A stretch of 64,000 nt of DNA from Octopus vulgaris (lineage: Eukaryota): assembly GCA_951406725.2 (NCBI GenBank), contig OX597817.1, forward strand, positions 162,998,001-163,062,000, read 5' to 3'. Both the position numbers and the translations under genes were made by a program. Position 1 is the first letter of the stretch. Each line of letters begins with the position of its first letter. Below, in pieces: positions 37,521-51,885 of this stretch. The notes beneath the pieces were generated by a model. It made no database searches. It saw nothing but the letters and a program-made list of their open reading frames with translations, and was not told the DNA's origin.

Positions 37521-37573
<53 letters not shown>

Positions 37574-40104
37574 AGACATACACCCATGCCTATGGATCTT
37601 TTATTTGGTGGGACTGTTAATAGATAAATCAGAGCCAACCCCTTGATTAAAAATTCAGTTCCTTTCAATAGGTAAATGTTATTAGAATAAGACCCATGAG
37701 TTGTCACATTCTTACCAACATTTTTCATTTCCTAACCCATTCTCGCCAACATGTTCTAACTCATTCTCGCCAACATTTTATCATTCATACTGACATTTCC
37801 TAACTTATTCTTACCAACATTATTGAATTCTTCCTTTCACTAGTATTTATATTTATTGATGGTCTTGCTTCTATGCTTCATACTTCATTGCTCTTTGCTT
37901 CAACTATCACCCTCCACTAGCACATGTCATTTCTTTATTCAGCTTTTTTTTTCCTTCAGTATATCCTCAAGTCATTATCGTCATCATATTTGCTTACAGA
38001 GGCCAATGCCTTTATTACTTAATGCATTTTTCTCTGTTTTATTTTATGCTTTATTTATTGTTCAACTTACTGTCAGCAAATAATCCTCACTTCATTCCTC
38101 CTTTCCTCATTGCTTATATTTCATTGCTGTGCTACATCACACTCCTAACTCATTCACCTGATATCATTTGCAATAAAAGGGTTAATAGGATTCCAGCCTT
38201 CCCACATTAATTTACATTTAGGTAATACAACATTATTTATTTAAAGGTAAGATAATTGACAGGAAATTTTTGTAGCAAGTTTTCATAGATTTTTTTTTTC
38301 AGTCAGTAGGAAAATTATCTGATCATATTTTAATCTTACATCACCCCCACTCAATACTACACCCTCTCATCTGAGGGGGTCTTGTCTTGTGAGTGTCTTG
38401 GTGACCTCAATACTGCTGGTGCTATGTAAAAAGCACCCAGTACACTCTGCAATGTGGTTGGTGTCAGGAACGGCATCTGGCTGTAGACATTGGAGCCTGA
38501 AACAGCCCTCTAGCTCATCAACTTCTGTGAAACTGTCCATTCCATGTCAAGATGGAAAACATGTATTAAATAGTGATGATGAACTAATGAAACTAATTAA
38601 AGGTCAAAACTGGAAACCTGATTTAATTAATTGTCAACAGTAATCGTTCCTGCAAATTTTGTATACTTTATATCACTCGAGTTTAGAAAGGAAGTTTTAA
38701 TCTTGCAAAAAATTGAAATAATTTATTTTTAATCCTTTAATTTCATCAACTATATGGATTAGTATATTAATATTGGTTACTAATTCCAAGTGTATTCTGA
38801 AGTCAAGACTTATTTACATTTAATTAATTACAATAATTTTGCTTATTTTTGAATATATATCTGTATGAAATTTCTACAAGGTGTGCAACCTACAGAAATT
38901 TAAGCCAAGGCTTGTGTTCTTCTTTGAATAATATTGGTAATTTACAGTGAATGACTTGTGAAAGACCAGTGATGAGTAAATATTAGGTATAGATCAAGGC
39001 TTAGCATAGGATTTTTAGAATATAGGAAACTTAAATTAAAGGAGCTCGTTTTAAGTTTACCACAATTACCAAATTTTGGCAAGTGACTTAATGTTTCCAT
39101 ATATTCCTGTTTGTTATGACATTTCTGTTGTTTTCTTGAAGTAAAAGCAAACTGAAAATTATTGGTCAGAAGATGATTTTGTAGTTTGGAAAAGATATTG
39201 AAATATTGTCAAGTAGGATGACAAAATAACATAAGGATGTTTTGCTATGTAATATGTAATTTTTATTATAGTCTTAGCTCTTAATTTCCATCTCTATTGA
39301 CCTCTGTGAAGTTTGTATTTATGATTTAGTTACTCAGTACTGAAGTGGTGATGAAAAAGTGTAGTAGGCCGGATCATTATAAACTGTATGTGAAAGAAAA
39401 TAGGATTCTTATTAAAGGGTGTCACTTCATTCTCTTGTGAGATTTGATCATGCACAATAAATTAGCAGAACCTTTCTGTTATATTCCATCCAGTTTGTCA
39501 ATCCAAGTTGTTCTGTTCTCTTACCTGTTCTGCTCTCAAAGTGTCTGAAGTCTTTGAAATATTGTAAAGTAAGGTGGTAAGATAGTATCCTGTGACTGGC
39601 ACAGTACCAGTTACAGAATACAAGGTCTTGGCTCTTCTTGGCTCTGCTCAGCCATTGCAATTCCTTCTGTGTTAGATGTTGATGAGTGTAGACAAGGCTG
39701 TGTTGAAAATAATTGCCAGTAAGCCATTGTTGATATCTTGTTATTTTGAAATATTTTCTTTTTGCGGCTCCTACTTAATGTTTAGAATCTACCAGCTAAT
39801 CACCAGTTAATTACTTTGACTATTATCTTTTGATATTAAATTGATATTAAATTAAAAATGAGTAATTAGATTTTGTTTTCTTTTCAAGAACCATCATCAG
39901 AAATAAATTTTTAAAACAATCGTAACAATCTTTCTTTCATAAGATTTACATTTCAGCAATGTAACGAATATTTATATTCCAATATTAGAAAGTAAACAGA
40001 TGAGAAATCTTAAATCAGTAAGGTTAATCAATGTTTTTGGACACTCAATTCCGAATTGTACTTTTACCATACTCTGATAAATACTTATTCCGTTTTCTTC
40101 GCAG

Positions 40105-40128
40105 GTCTAAAACAAGATTGCCATTCAA
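40105..40128 (+). CDS. Candidate 24-nt microexon, (R)SKTRLPF(K)
   Basis: TTCCGTTTTCTTCGCAG acceptor, AA|GTAATT donor, phase 2/2, no stop. Confidence 0.35.
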
Positions 40129-41089
40129 GTAATTGCAGCTAATTCCCCTCTTTACTTCTATGTTTCTCTTTCTCTTTATTCCTAAAAGCAATTTTTGCAG
40201 CCTCTTTGCAACATTTATTACAAACAGTGTGTTAGTTTTTTTTTTTATTTCAGTTTTGCTTTTGATTTTTTTTCTTTTTATGTTGCTTCTTCAACATCCA
40301 GCTACAGTGTTTTTATTTAGTTGCAACACTATTGTATTAATATAAAATTGTTTTCTAATTATTTTTGTTCTATATGAATTAATTTATTTAACATATTTTA
40401 AGAAAACACTGTTGTTTCTTGGATACTTGTTTTTAGTTTTATTGAAAAATTTAACTTTTTACTTATAAGTTTAATGTAAGCTTAAAAGGACATCAGGACA
40501 CTCTCCAGAGATTAGATGTTTTCAAATGGAAATATTGTTTTGGTAATCTACACTGCAATATTTTGTTTGCAAATTAATACTAAATACTGTTATTAGATAT
40601 CTTTAAGCTAGCATATCACTCACAAGCACCTCATATTTGTAATGAATTCAAAACTAATATTTTAATGTTGTTTTCAACAAATAGTCTCTCTCTGGCTTTA
40701 GAAAACCATTTAAAAATAAACCTGTTACACATAGCAACGTCTTTGAAAACATGTGGCATTGCAATTACATTACTTGGTTCAGTTCCTTTCATATTAAATA
40801 TATAGAGATCTAATCATGTGAATCTGACTCAATCACATCCTTTCTCAGTGCTGGTACTTCTCAATTTTGAATCAACTTAGGTGTCCCACAAGGATCATCA
40901 TACAACTCTCATAATTTATAATGTCTTCCAATAGATGTCCTCCATTTTAGCAGCATACTTTCAGACCAGACTCTGAACAGTATTTATTTCAAGAATGAGC
41001 TACCACATCACCAACTCCAAACTTAAAAGATTTCCTTAAAAAGTTTTGACTTTATTACATCCAGCAACCTCTTGTAGTGGAATAAGACA

Positions 41090-41435
41090 ATTTGGCATGG
41101 CTGTTTCGATGCTGGTGGTTTGGCATGGCTAACTGGACATTCAACCTGTTTCGATGACAGCATTTTTGGTACTGGAGGCAAATATGAAGGCACATGAATG
41201 CAAAAATGTACACGTACATGTAAAAAGGGAGATAGAGAGACTTTTACAATTTACATGAGCATGTTTCCTCTCCTCATACACAACACATAAAGAGAAATAT
41301 GCTTACCGTATAAAGAGAGAGAGAGAGGATGGGTGGGAGGTAGAGACAGAGAAACATTAAAATATCTGATGCCAATTAAGTCAGTATCAAATCAGTGATG
41401 CTAAATAGGTGGTGCCAAAACAGCCATGCCAAAAC
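41090..41435. mobile_element. Degenerate MITE
   Basis: TTTGGCATGGCTGTTT...AAACAGCCATGCCAAA inverted ends. Related sequence near 32270-32400. Confidence 0.55.
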
Positions 41436-44400
41436 ATTGGTACAAAAAGGTTTCATTCTCCTCTTGGAAACTTCATATTCTGAACATTGCTAAAACAATA
41501 AAACAACCAAGAAATATTCCAAACTCTGAGTAACTGTTGATTCTATAAGGATTATTAAATATGCTCAACTATAAATTACTGTTTTTACATTTGAGATAGT
41601 GAGTCTCCTTCAATGACTGTTACATGGGGGCTTTACTTGTTGGGTGGAGCTGTAATATGACATTTTCTTTGTGTCCCAATCATGCTTTATTTCTTATAAC
41701 AATATTCTTAATATTTTCTCTTCTATGGATACTATCCATCAGCAACTCAAACCACTTTCTCTCCCAACAGCAATAATTTTTTTTCACATGATGTGTTCAA
41801 ACTAAATCAGTCAGCTGTCGACACCTGTGTCACCCCAGTCACTTTATTGACACATTTGTTCTCATTTTTTTCACAACCATTGGAGTGTGAAGCACTCCTC
41901 ATGAACACAGAGTTGTGAGATGGCTGTGATCAGTAAACAGCTTTGAGTGGGAACTGGAAAGAGATGTATGAACACACATCTCACATGTGCACACCGAATT
42001 TGTAAAATGGAACAGAAGAATAAAAACAATGTACATGTCAAATTAAAATAGAAGAAAAGAATAAAAATACAATGTCAAACAAGTTATATGATGGTCTGCA
42101 TGCCATGTAAGGCAGTGAGCTGGCAGAAACGTTAGCACGCTGGGCGAAATGCGTAGCCGTATTTCGTCTGCCACTACGTTCTGAGTTCAAATTCTGCCGA
42201 AGTCGACTTTGCCTTTCATCCTTTCGGGGTCGATAAATTAAGTACCAGTTACGCACTGGGGTCAATATAATCGACTTAATCCATCTGTCTGTCCTTGTTT
42301 GTCTTCTCTGTGTTTAGCCCCTTATGGGTAGTAAAGAAATAGGTCTGCATGCCATGTCTGATATCACTATCACGCAGCTGTGCTGCACTTTTCTTGTCTC
42401 ATGTATGGTAATACTGCAAATCCCATGAATCCTACTGTACTTGTTCTTCTCCATTCATTGTATAAACTTTGAATTTCTAATTTCTGCATTCATTCTGTAC
42501 ATTCCATTTCCTATAAATATCTATTACTGTATCCTCTTCACATGAGAAAGGGAACTCTTTCTAACAAAAATAGTAATTTTCAAACTATTTCCATCCCTTC
42601 TAACTTTGGTTTACTAGTCCTACTTCTAGTTTTGTCGCATCCAGGTTGCAGAATTTTACTTTCACCAATGCATTTTTAAGTTGTCTATAACCTTCAGCTT
42701 GGTGACTAGGGATGGTCTGGGATGGGTTGGAACCTGCTCATGTTGTTATCTTATCCAGTGCATTGGGCATAATCAAAGCATCAATCATGTGTACCTTTTG
42801 CTCACCCATTGGTTCCACTAACTACGGTGTTTAACATTTTTCTAATCTCTTTTTGTTGTAAAAGACAACTTCTCTGCAGACTAAATGTGTGCATATGTAT
42901 GTGAGTGTGTGTGTGTGTGTGTGTGTGTATGTGTTTTTCTGTGCATGTGTATGTAAGCTTTTATGTATATATCAGTAAACAGTCTTTTACAAGAAACTTT
43001 CAGTCCCTATTTCTTGTTCTAGATTCTCCTTTCCCAGAACTTGTCGGCTATACATTCATCTGTACTCAAACCATCTACTTCCTTCTTGCTATCCATACTT
43101 TTTTTCCGAAACATTACCCCAATTATTTGCAGGGATTGCTGCTTTGAGAACCCCTTCTTATTCTTTATTACATTAAGTTCCAATATTTTCAACTCTCCTT
43201 TAATTCCATTTCCAGTCCACTAATCTGTAAAGTCCTAACTACTTCTCTCCAGGTATAAGCATCATCATCATCATTGTTTAACATCTGCTTTCCATGCTAG
43301 CATGGGTTGGACAATTTGACTGAGGGCTGGCAAACCAGATGGCTGCACCAGGCTCCAATCTTGATCTGGCAGAGCTTCTACAGCCTGGATGCCCTTCCTA
43401 ACGCCAACCACTCCGAGAGTGTAGTGGGTGCTTTTACGTGCCACCAGCACAAGGGCCAGTCAGGCGGTACTAGCAACGGCCACATTCAAATGGTGTTTTT
43501 TATGTGCCACCTGCTCAAGAGTCAGTCCAGTGGCACTGGCAACAACCTTGCTTGAATGTTCTTTTTCACGTGCCATCGGCACAAGTGCCAATAAGGTGAC
43601 GCTGGAAACGATCATGCTTTTTTCGTGCCACCGGCACAGAAGCCAGTTAGCTACTCTGGCAATGATCATGCTTGGAAAACACAATGTTATACATGTTATT
43701 TATATATATGATGCTATTATCTAATGGTATTATTATTAAGGTGGTGAGATGGCAGAAACATTAGCGCACCGGGCGAAATGCTTAACAGTATTTCGTCTGT
43801 CATTACGTTCTGAGTTCAAATTCCGCCGAGGTCAACTTTGCCTTTCATCCTTTCGGGGTCAATAAATAAAGTACCAGTTTGCAGTGGGGTCGATATAATC
43901 AACTTAATCCCTTTGTCTGTCCTTATTTGTCCCCTCTATGTTTAGCCCCTTGTGGGCGGTAAAGAAATATATATTATTATTATTAAGGTGGTGAGCTGGC
44001 AAAATTGTTACCATGCCAGAGGAAATGCTTAGCAGCATTTTGTCCATCTTTATGTTGTTGGTTTGGATCCTGCTGAGGTTGATTTTGCTTTCATCCTTTT
44101 GAGGTCAATGTAATAAGTACCAGCTGAGCATTGGGGTCAATGTACTCCGCCCCCAAAGTCTCTCTCTGCACCCATAAAATGTGTTCTTTATTTCCCTTTC
44201 TATTATCCCTTATACTGGACACTTTGCCAATCCTTCATCTATGGAACTCATATATCTTGTCTTCGCTGTACATATGTAAATAAATTTTTAAATGTCTGTT
44301 TTCATATCAATGTCCATTTTTCCATGCTTACATGAGTCACACAGAATTTACTGAGGCAGGTTTTGTATTCCAAGCATGGTAATATTTCTCTGTGACCAGA

Positions 44401-44635
44401 TATTTTTCATGGAAGACTGGAAACAAACAGCATTGCTTGTATGATAGTGATGCTTGTTTACAACCATTACATGATGTCAAGACAAGAGTATACACATATG
44501 TATACATATATATCCAGCCATAGGAACCATGTCAAAACAGACATGGAGCCTGAACAGCCCTTCAGCTGGTCAGCTTTTGTCAAACTGTCCAACCTATGTC
44601 AGCACGGAAAAAAGATGTTAAATGATGATAATGAT

Positions 44636-44670
<35 letters not shown>

Positions 44671-45921
44671 CCAGAATCGCCTGACTGGCCCTCATGCTAG
44701 TGGCATGTAAAAGCACTCACTACACTCACGGAGTGGTTGGCGTTAGGAAGGGCATCCAGCTGTAGAAGCTTTGCCAGATCAGATTGAGTCTCGTGCAGCC
44801 TTCTGGCTCGCCAGTCCTCAGTCAAACTGTCCAACCCATACCAGCATGGAAAGCAGACATTAAATGATGATGATCACACACACACACACACACACACAGA
44901 GGCTTCTTACAGTTTCAGTTGACCAAATCCACTCACAAGTTTTAGTTGTCCCATTACTATTGTAGAAGATATTTGCCCAATAATGAATAAATTTTCATAT
45001 CTCAATTGTATATATATTTGTGTGTGTGTCTCTCTCTATATATCTCTATATATGTGTATGCCTTTGTTTGTGTTTGTCTCTCCCCACCACTGTTTGACAA
45101 CTGGTGTTGGTTTGTTTACGTCCCGGTAACTTAATGGTTTGGCAGAAGATGGAATAAGTATCTGACTTAAAATAATATTACACTGGGGATTGATTTGTTT
45201 GATTAAACCCTTCAAGGTGGTGTCCCAGCATGGCTGTAGTCCAATGATTGAAACAAGCAAAGCATAAAAGATAGTGAGGATAAAAAAAATAATTAAGTGG
45301 GTGCTTTTACGTGCCACCGGCATGAGGGCCAGTCAGGCGGTACTGGCAATGGCCACTCTCAAATGGTGTTTTTTACATGCCACCTGCACAGGAGCCAGTC
45401 CAGCGGCACTGGCAACGACCTTGCTCGAAGGTTCTTTTACAGATGCCACTGGCACAAGTGCCAGTAAGGCGATGCTGGAAATGATCACGCTTGAATGGTG
45501 CTTTTTATGTGCCACCGGCACGGAAGCCAGTTAGCTACTCTGGCAACAATCACGATTCTGGTGAAGAAAAGATGGGGAAACAGCTCTGATATTTAATTTT
45601 AAATTATTTCTACTAAAGTCTTGAGCTGATCGAAGTCCTATGAATGTATTTGGCAGGCTGAAAGAAGTGTGTGTGTGTGTATTTACATACATATGCCGGT
45701 GGCACCACTTTGACTGACTTCTGTGCCGGTGGCATGTAAAAAGCACCTACTACAAGCACAGAGTGGTTGGCATTAGGAAGGGCATCCAACTGTAGAAACA
45801 CTGCCAGATCAGACTGGAGCCTGGTGCAGCCTCCTGGCTTCCCAGACCCCAGTCGAACCGTCCAACCCATGCTAGCATGGAAAACGGACGTTAAACGATG
45901 ATGATGATGATATGTATGTAT

Positions 45922-45966
<45 letters not shown>

Positions 45967-46319
45967 TATATGTATTTATTTATGTGAGAATATTTGTGTG
46001 TTACTGTCTCTTTGCCTTGACAGTGCATGATAGTTGTAAGTTAATGTCACCATCATGCAAGTGGGGTCTTGCAAGACATGTCATGGGGAAATATTAGATT
46101 ATTTGGAAACAGGTGAGGGTTAGTGACAGGAAGGGCATCCAGCTGTAGAAAATCTGCCTCAACAAATTTTGTCCAACCCATGCAAGCATGGATAAGTGAA
46201 TGTTAAATGATGTTTGTCAACAATGATGATAATACAATGGGGTATGAGCTTGATCTTTGGCAGTTTGGTGACAACAGCCTGTGATGATAAAACTGAGTAC
46301 AAAAATTATAGCAAGTGAA

Positions 46320-46650
46320 GGAGCATGGCTCAGTGGTTAGAGCATCGGGCTCACAATCATGAGGTAGTGAGTTCAATTCCTGGACTGAGCTGTGTGTTGT
46401 GTTCTTGAGCAAGATACTTTATTTCACATCGCTCCAGTTCGCTCAGCTGTAGAAATGAGTTGTAACGTCACTGGTGCCAAGCTGTATTGGCCTTTGCCTT
46501 TCCCTTGGATAACATCAGTGGTGTTGAGAGGGGAGGCTGGCATGCATGGGTGTCTGTTGGTCTTCTGTAAGCAACCATGTCCAGACTTGTGTCTCAAAGG
46601 GGAACTTTCTATGTGCAATCCCTTGGTCATTCATGACTGAAGGGGGTCTT
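46320..46650 (+). mobile_element. tRNA-derived SINE family D
   Basis: A box TGGCTCAGTGG and B box GAGTTCAATTCC. Similar heads near 25200-25315 (-) and 17060-17180 (-). Confidence 0.7.
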
Positions 46651-47811
46651 TACCCATTACACTATGCAGAGCTATTGTATTAAGTCCAAGTATCTGGATG
46701 AACTTGCTTGGATTTGTCAGACTTGATTGCACCAACCATCATAATTCCACTTAGCATTTAAGTGGTTGGCAGAGCAACACTCCTCATCTGTACAGAAGTG
46801 GATGATGAAGGTTCTTACTGGACAGCTGACACTTGTACATCCATGTCAGTATGTCTATAGGAGTATATTGCTAATGAGTTCATGCTTAGTGAACTCATTA
46901 GGTTATCACTGTATACAGCAATAATTTACATGAACGGACTAAATATCATTATATAAAATATATATTAGAAAATGGGTATTTTGTTTGTTTGGATTCATTC
47001 TGACTGCATTCTACTTTATCTCCAGGTCAACCATTCCTTGTAAGTGAATTTTGTGAATGGAAACTGTGTGGAAGCCTGGTTATATGTGTGTGTGTGTGTG
47101 TGTGTTTATTTTTGTCCCTCTACCTTGGTGTTGGTTTGTTTACGTCCCTGTAACTTAGCAGTTCAGCAAAAGACTGAGTGGATAAGTATTAGACATTGCA
47201 AAAGAAAAAAAAAATTGCTGGGGGGCTGGTTTACTCCACTGAACCCTTAAAAGTGGTACCCCAACATGGCTGCAGACAAAAAAAAAAAAGGGATAAAAGA
47301 TAGATAATTATATTAATTAATTATGTAATTTCCTCATTAAAAGATAAGAGATTATCCTTCAATTTTTTGTAAAATCCTGTTATTATCATCGTTTAACGTC
47401 CGTTCTCCATGCTAGCATGGGTTGGACGGTTCGACTGGGGATCTGGGAAGCCAGAAGGCTGCACCAGGCTCCAGTCTAATCTGGCAATGTTTCTACAGCT
47501 GGATGCCCTTCCTAACGCCAACCACTCCGTGAGTGTATTTGTAATATCTTTTATTTGGTTGTCATTAATTTAATTTTTTTTTTGTTAATTAACCTTATGG
47601 TTATTTTGAAGCATAAGTATTACTAAATTAACATTTTTTGAAGATGATGAACACAATTCAGTTGATGTGATTAGAGTGCATTTTATTTTACTGACCCCTT
47701 TTTATAAAATATATTTTTTCTGTTATTCTAAATACTTTAAAGTTTTACAAGTTAATCATGCATTTTTTTGTTTTCATCTGTTTTTTTTTTTACTTAATGT
47801 AATTTGATAGC

Positions 47812-50800
47812 TACAATGCAATACTGTTATGATAAAACACTCCCAGTATACTCTCCAAAGTGGTTGTAGAACAAATGGAGAAAATGTAGAAATTAAGAGG
47901 ACCCTTTAGTCTTGTCTATTTGAAGACATGACAACCTCTTTAGTGCTTGTGCCTTGATAAAATATATGTAGGAAAGTGAAATGTAGGAAATATATGTAGG
48001 AAAGTGAGCCAACAGAAACATACAATGCAATACTGTTATGATAAAACACTCCCAGTATACTCTCCAAAGTGGTTGTAGAACAAATGGAGAAAATAGAGAA
48101 ATTAAGAGGACCCTTTAGTCTTGTCTATTTGAAGACATGACAACCTCTTTAGTGCTTGTGCCTTGATAAAATATATGTAGGAAAGTGAAATGTAGGAAAT
48201 ATATGTAGGAAAGTGAGCCAACAGAAACATACAATGCAATACTGTTATGATAAAACACTCCCAGTATACTCTCCAAAGTGGTTGTAGAACAAATGGAGAA
48301 AATAGAGAAATTAAGAGGACCCTTTAGTCTTGTCTATTTGAAGACATGACAACCTCTTTAGTGCTTGTGCCTTGATAAAATATATGTAGGAAAGTGAAAT
48401 GTAGGAAATATATGTAGGAAAGTGAGCCAACAGAAACATACAATGCAATACTGTTATGATAAAACACTCCCAGTATAATCTCCAAAGTGGTTGTAGAACA
48501 AATGGAGAAAATAGAGAAATTAAGAGGACCCTTTAGTCTTGTCTATTTGAAGACATGACAACCTCTTTAGTGCTTGTGCCTTGATAAAATATATGTAGGA
48601 AAGTGAAATGTAGGAAATATATGTAGGAAAGTGAGCCAACAGAAACATACAATGCAATACTGTTATGATAAAACACTCCCAGTATACTCTCCAAAGTGGT
48701 TGTAGAACAAATGGAGAAAATAGAGAAATTAAGAGGACCCTTTAGTCTTGTCTATTTGAAGACATGACAACCTCTTTAGTGCTTGTGCCTTGATAAAATA
48801 TATGTAGGAAAGTGAGCCAACAGAAACATACAATGCAATACTGTCATGATAAAACACTCCCAGTATACTCTCCAAAGTGGTTGTAGAACAAATGGAGAAA
48901 ATGGAGAAATTAAGAGGACCCTTTAGTCTTGTCTATTTGAAGACATGACAACCTCTTTAGTGCTTGTGCCTTGATAAAATATATGTAGGAAAGTGAAATG
49001 TAGGAAATATATGTAGGAAAGTGAGCCAACAGAAACATACAATGCAATACTGTCATGATAAAACACTCCCAGTATACTCTCCAAAGTGGTTGTAGAACAA
49101 ATGGAGAAAATGGAGAAATTAAGAGGACCCTTTAGTCTTGTCTATTTGAAGACATGACAACCTCTTTAGTGCTTGTGCCTTGATAAAATATATGTAGGAA
49201 AGTGAAATGTAGGAAATATATGTAGGAAAGTGAAATGTAGGAAATATATGTAGGAAAGTGAGCCAACAGAAACATACAATGCAATGCTGTCATGATAAAA
49301 CACTCCCAGTATACTCTCCAAAGTGGTTGTAGAACAAATGGAGAAAATAGAGAAATTAAGAGGACCCTTTAGTCTTGTCTATTTGAAGACATGACAACCT
49401 CTTTAGTGCTTGTGCCTTGATAAAATATATGTAGGAAAGTGAAATGTAGGAAATATATGTAGGAAAGTGAGCCAACAGAAACATACAATGCAATACTGTT
49501 ATGATAAAACACTCCCAGTATACTCTCCAAAGTGGTTGTAGAACAAATGGAGAAAATAGAGAAATTAAGAGGACCCTTTAGTCTTGTCTATTTGAAGACA
49601 TGACAACCTCTTTAGTGCTTGTGCCTTGATAAAATATATGTAGGAAAGTGAAATGTAGGAAATATATGTAGGAAAGTGAGCCAACAGAAACATACAATGC
49701 AATACTGTTATGATAAAACACTCCCAGTATACTCTCCAAAGTGGTTGTAGAACAAATGGAGAAAATAGAGAAATTAAGAGGACCCTTTAGTCTTGTCTAT
49801 TTGAAGACATGACAACCTCTTTAGTGCTTGTGCCTTGATAAAATATATGTAGGAAAGTGAAATGTAGGAAATATATGTAGGAAAGTGAGCCAACAGAAAC
49901 ATACAATGCAATACTGTTATGATAAAACACTCCCAGTATACTCTCCAAAGTGGTTGTAGAACAAATGGAGAAAATGGAGAAATTAAGAGGACCCTTTAGT
50001 CTTGTCTATTTGAAGACATGACAACCTCTTTAGTGCTTGTGCCTTGATAAAATATATGTAGGAAAGTGAAATGTAGGAAATATATGTAGGAAAGTGAAAT
50101 GTAGGAAATATATGTAGGAAAGTGAGCCAACAGAAACATACAATGCAATACTGTTATGATAAAACACTCCCAGTATACTCTCCAAAGTGGTTGTAGAACA
50201 AATGGAGAAAATGGAGAAATTAAGAGGACCCTTTAGTCTTGTCTATTTGAAGACATGACAACCTCTTTAGTGCTTGTGCCTTGATAAAATATATGTAGGA
50301 AAGTGAAATGTAGGAAATATATGTAGGAAAGTGAAATGTAGGAAATATATGTAGGAAAGTGAGCCAACAGAAACATACAATGCAATGCTGTCATGATAAA
50401 ACACTCCCAGTATACTCTCCAAAGTGGTTGTAGAACAAATGGAGAAAATGGAGAAATTAAGAGGACCCTTTAGTCTTGTCTATTTGAAGACATGACAACC
50501 TCTTTAGTGCTTGTGCCTTGATAAAATATATGTAGGAAAGTGAAATGTAGGAAATATATGTAGGAAAGTGAAATGTAGGAAATATATGTAGGAAAGTGAG
50601 CCAACAGAAACATACAATGCAATGCTGTCATGATAAAACACTCCCAGTATACTCTCCAAAGTGGTTGTAGAACAAATGGAGAAAATGGAGAAATTAAGAG
50701 GACCCTTTAGTCTTGTCTATTTGAAGACATGACAACCTCTTTAGTGCTTGTGCCTTGATAAAATATATGTAGGAAAGTGAAATGTAGGAAATATATGTAG

Positions 50801-50970
50801 GAAAGTGAGCCAACAGAAACATACAATGCAATACTGTTATGATAAAACACTCCCAGTATACTCTCCAAAGTGGTTGTAGAACAAATGGAGAAAATAGAGA
50901 AATTAAGAGGACCCTTTAGTCTTGTCTATTTGAAGACATGACAACCTCTAGTGCTTGTGCCTTGATAAAA
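47812..50970. repeat. Tandem satellite, 14 full units plus 1 partial, unit length 181, 209 or 237 bp
   Basis: Unit starts at 47812, 48021, 48230, 48439, 48648, 48829, 49038, 49275, 49484, 49693, 49902, 50139, 50376, 50613, 50822. Confidence 0.97.
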
Positions 50971-51494
50971 TGCACTCTGTACACTCAGTAAAGTGGTTAG
51001 TGTTATGAAGGACATCCAACCATAGAAGCCATGTCAGTAATGGAACATCTGAGAGAGAGTCAGGGTCTTTTATTCTTAATAAGAACTGACTTGGACTGTG
51101 ATAGTCTGTCCAACCAGTGCAGGTATGAAGAGAAAGCATAAAATCGAGCCGAGAGAACTTGTATATAGTTGCACAGCTTGTTAGAAATAGCTGTCAAATC
51201 TCCCTCAAATTAAACCCTACAGTTTTATCAGGGGTGGAACATTATTGATTAGGTCTGCTCAGTCAGGGCTGAAAAACAATTACCAACTCCCTGTGTGTTT
51301 GTTTCACCAATAATGAATCTTTAGATTTTGATGAGTGTGTTTCATTGGAAAAATTGGAGAGAATTAAATATAAAAATAAGTTCTGTATCAGTTCTTGTTA
51401 GGTGGAAATGTATCCACAATGCAAAACTAAGAAAACAGTGAGAGAGAGAGGGACTTTCAAAATCAGCTTTAGACAAGCTAACAAACACTAATAA

Positions 51495-51885
51495 TCTATA
51501 TATGCAAAGCTGAAGTTGTCTGTGTGTGGCAGGTTTGGTAGCCTTCAACTAACACTATCTCCTCTGAGACCCTGCGGCGTAAGTTGACCAAAATTGAGAG
51601 TATGATAGAAGAAGGCTTGCTCTTCATTCCGTAGAAGATAACATTCAAATCGGACCATGTTAAGACCAAAAATTATTTACATCAAAAAGGTGCTTTTCTT
51701 CTATGAAAATCTCTATTTTTTTACGATTTTCTTACTGCTGTGTCGCCATTTCTTGGTGTATTTCAACCAGAAAAATGTTCATTTAAAGAGAATAACCAGC
51801 TACATAATGCAAAATTTTTACTTTTCAAAAATTCCAATTCTAAAGGGTCAAAACAGACCTGAGCAGCGCCGGGCGATACTGCTAG
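51495..51885 (+). mobile_element. Non-autonomous Helitron-like element, family 2
   Basis: A|TC start, GC-rich hairpin, CTAG|T end. Reverse complement of 17882-18271. Confidence 0.85.

Noticed and set aside
39430-41000. Nested gene in the last intron (ORF 39448-39660; LGVPQGS near 40878)
   Set aside because: No coherent exon chain. LGVPQGS more likely reflects a heavily decayed LINE reverse transcriptase.
46320-46390. tRNA gene
   Set aside because: A and B boxes continue into a SINE body, with no complete cloverleaf or terminator.
47812-50970. CRISPR-like array
   Set aside because: Units are near-identical with no unique spacers, there are no cas genes, and the context is a eukaryotic intron.
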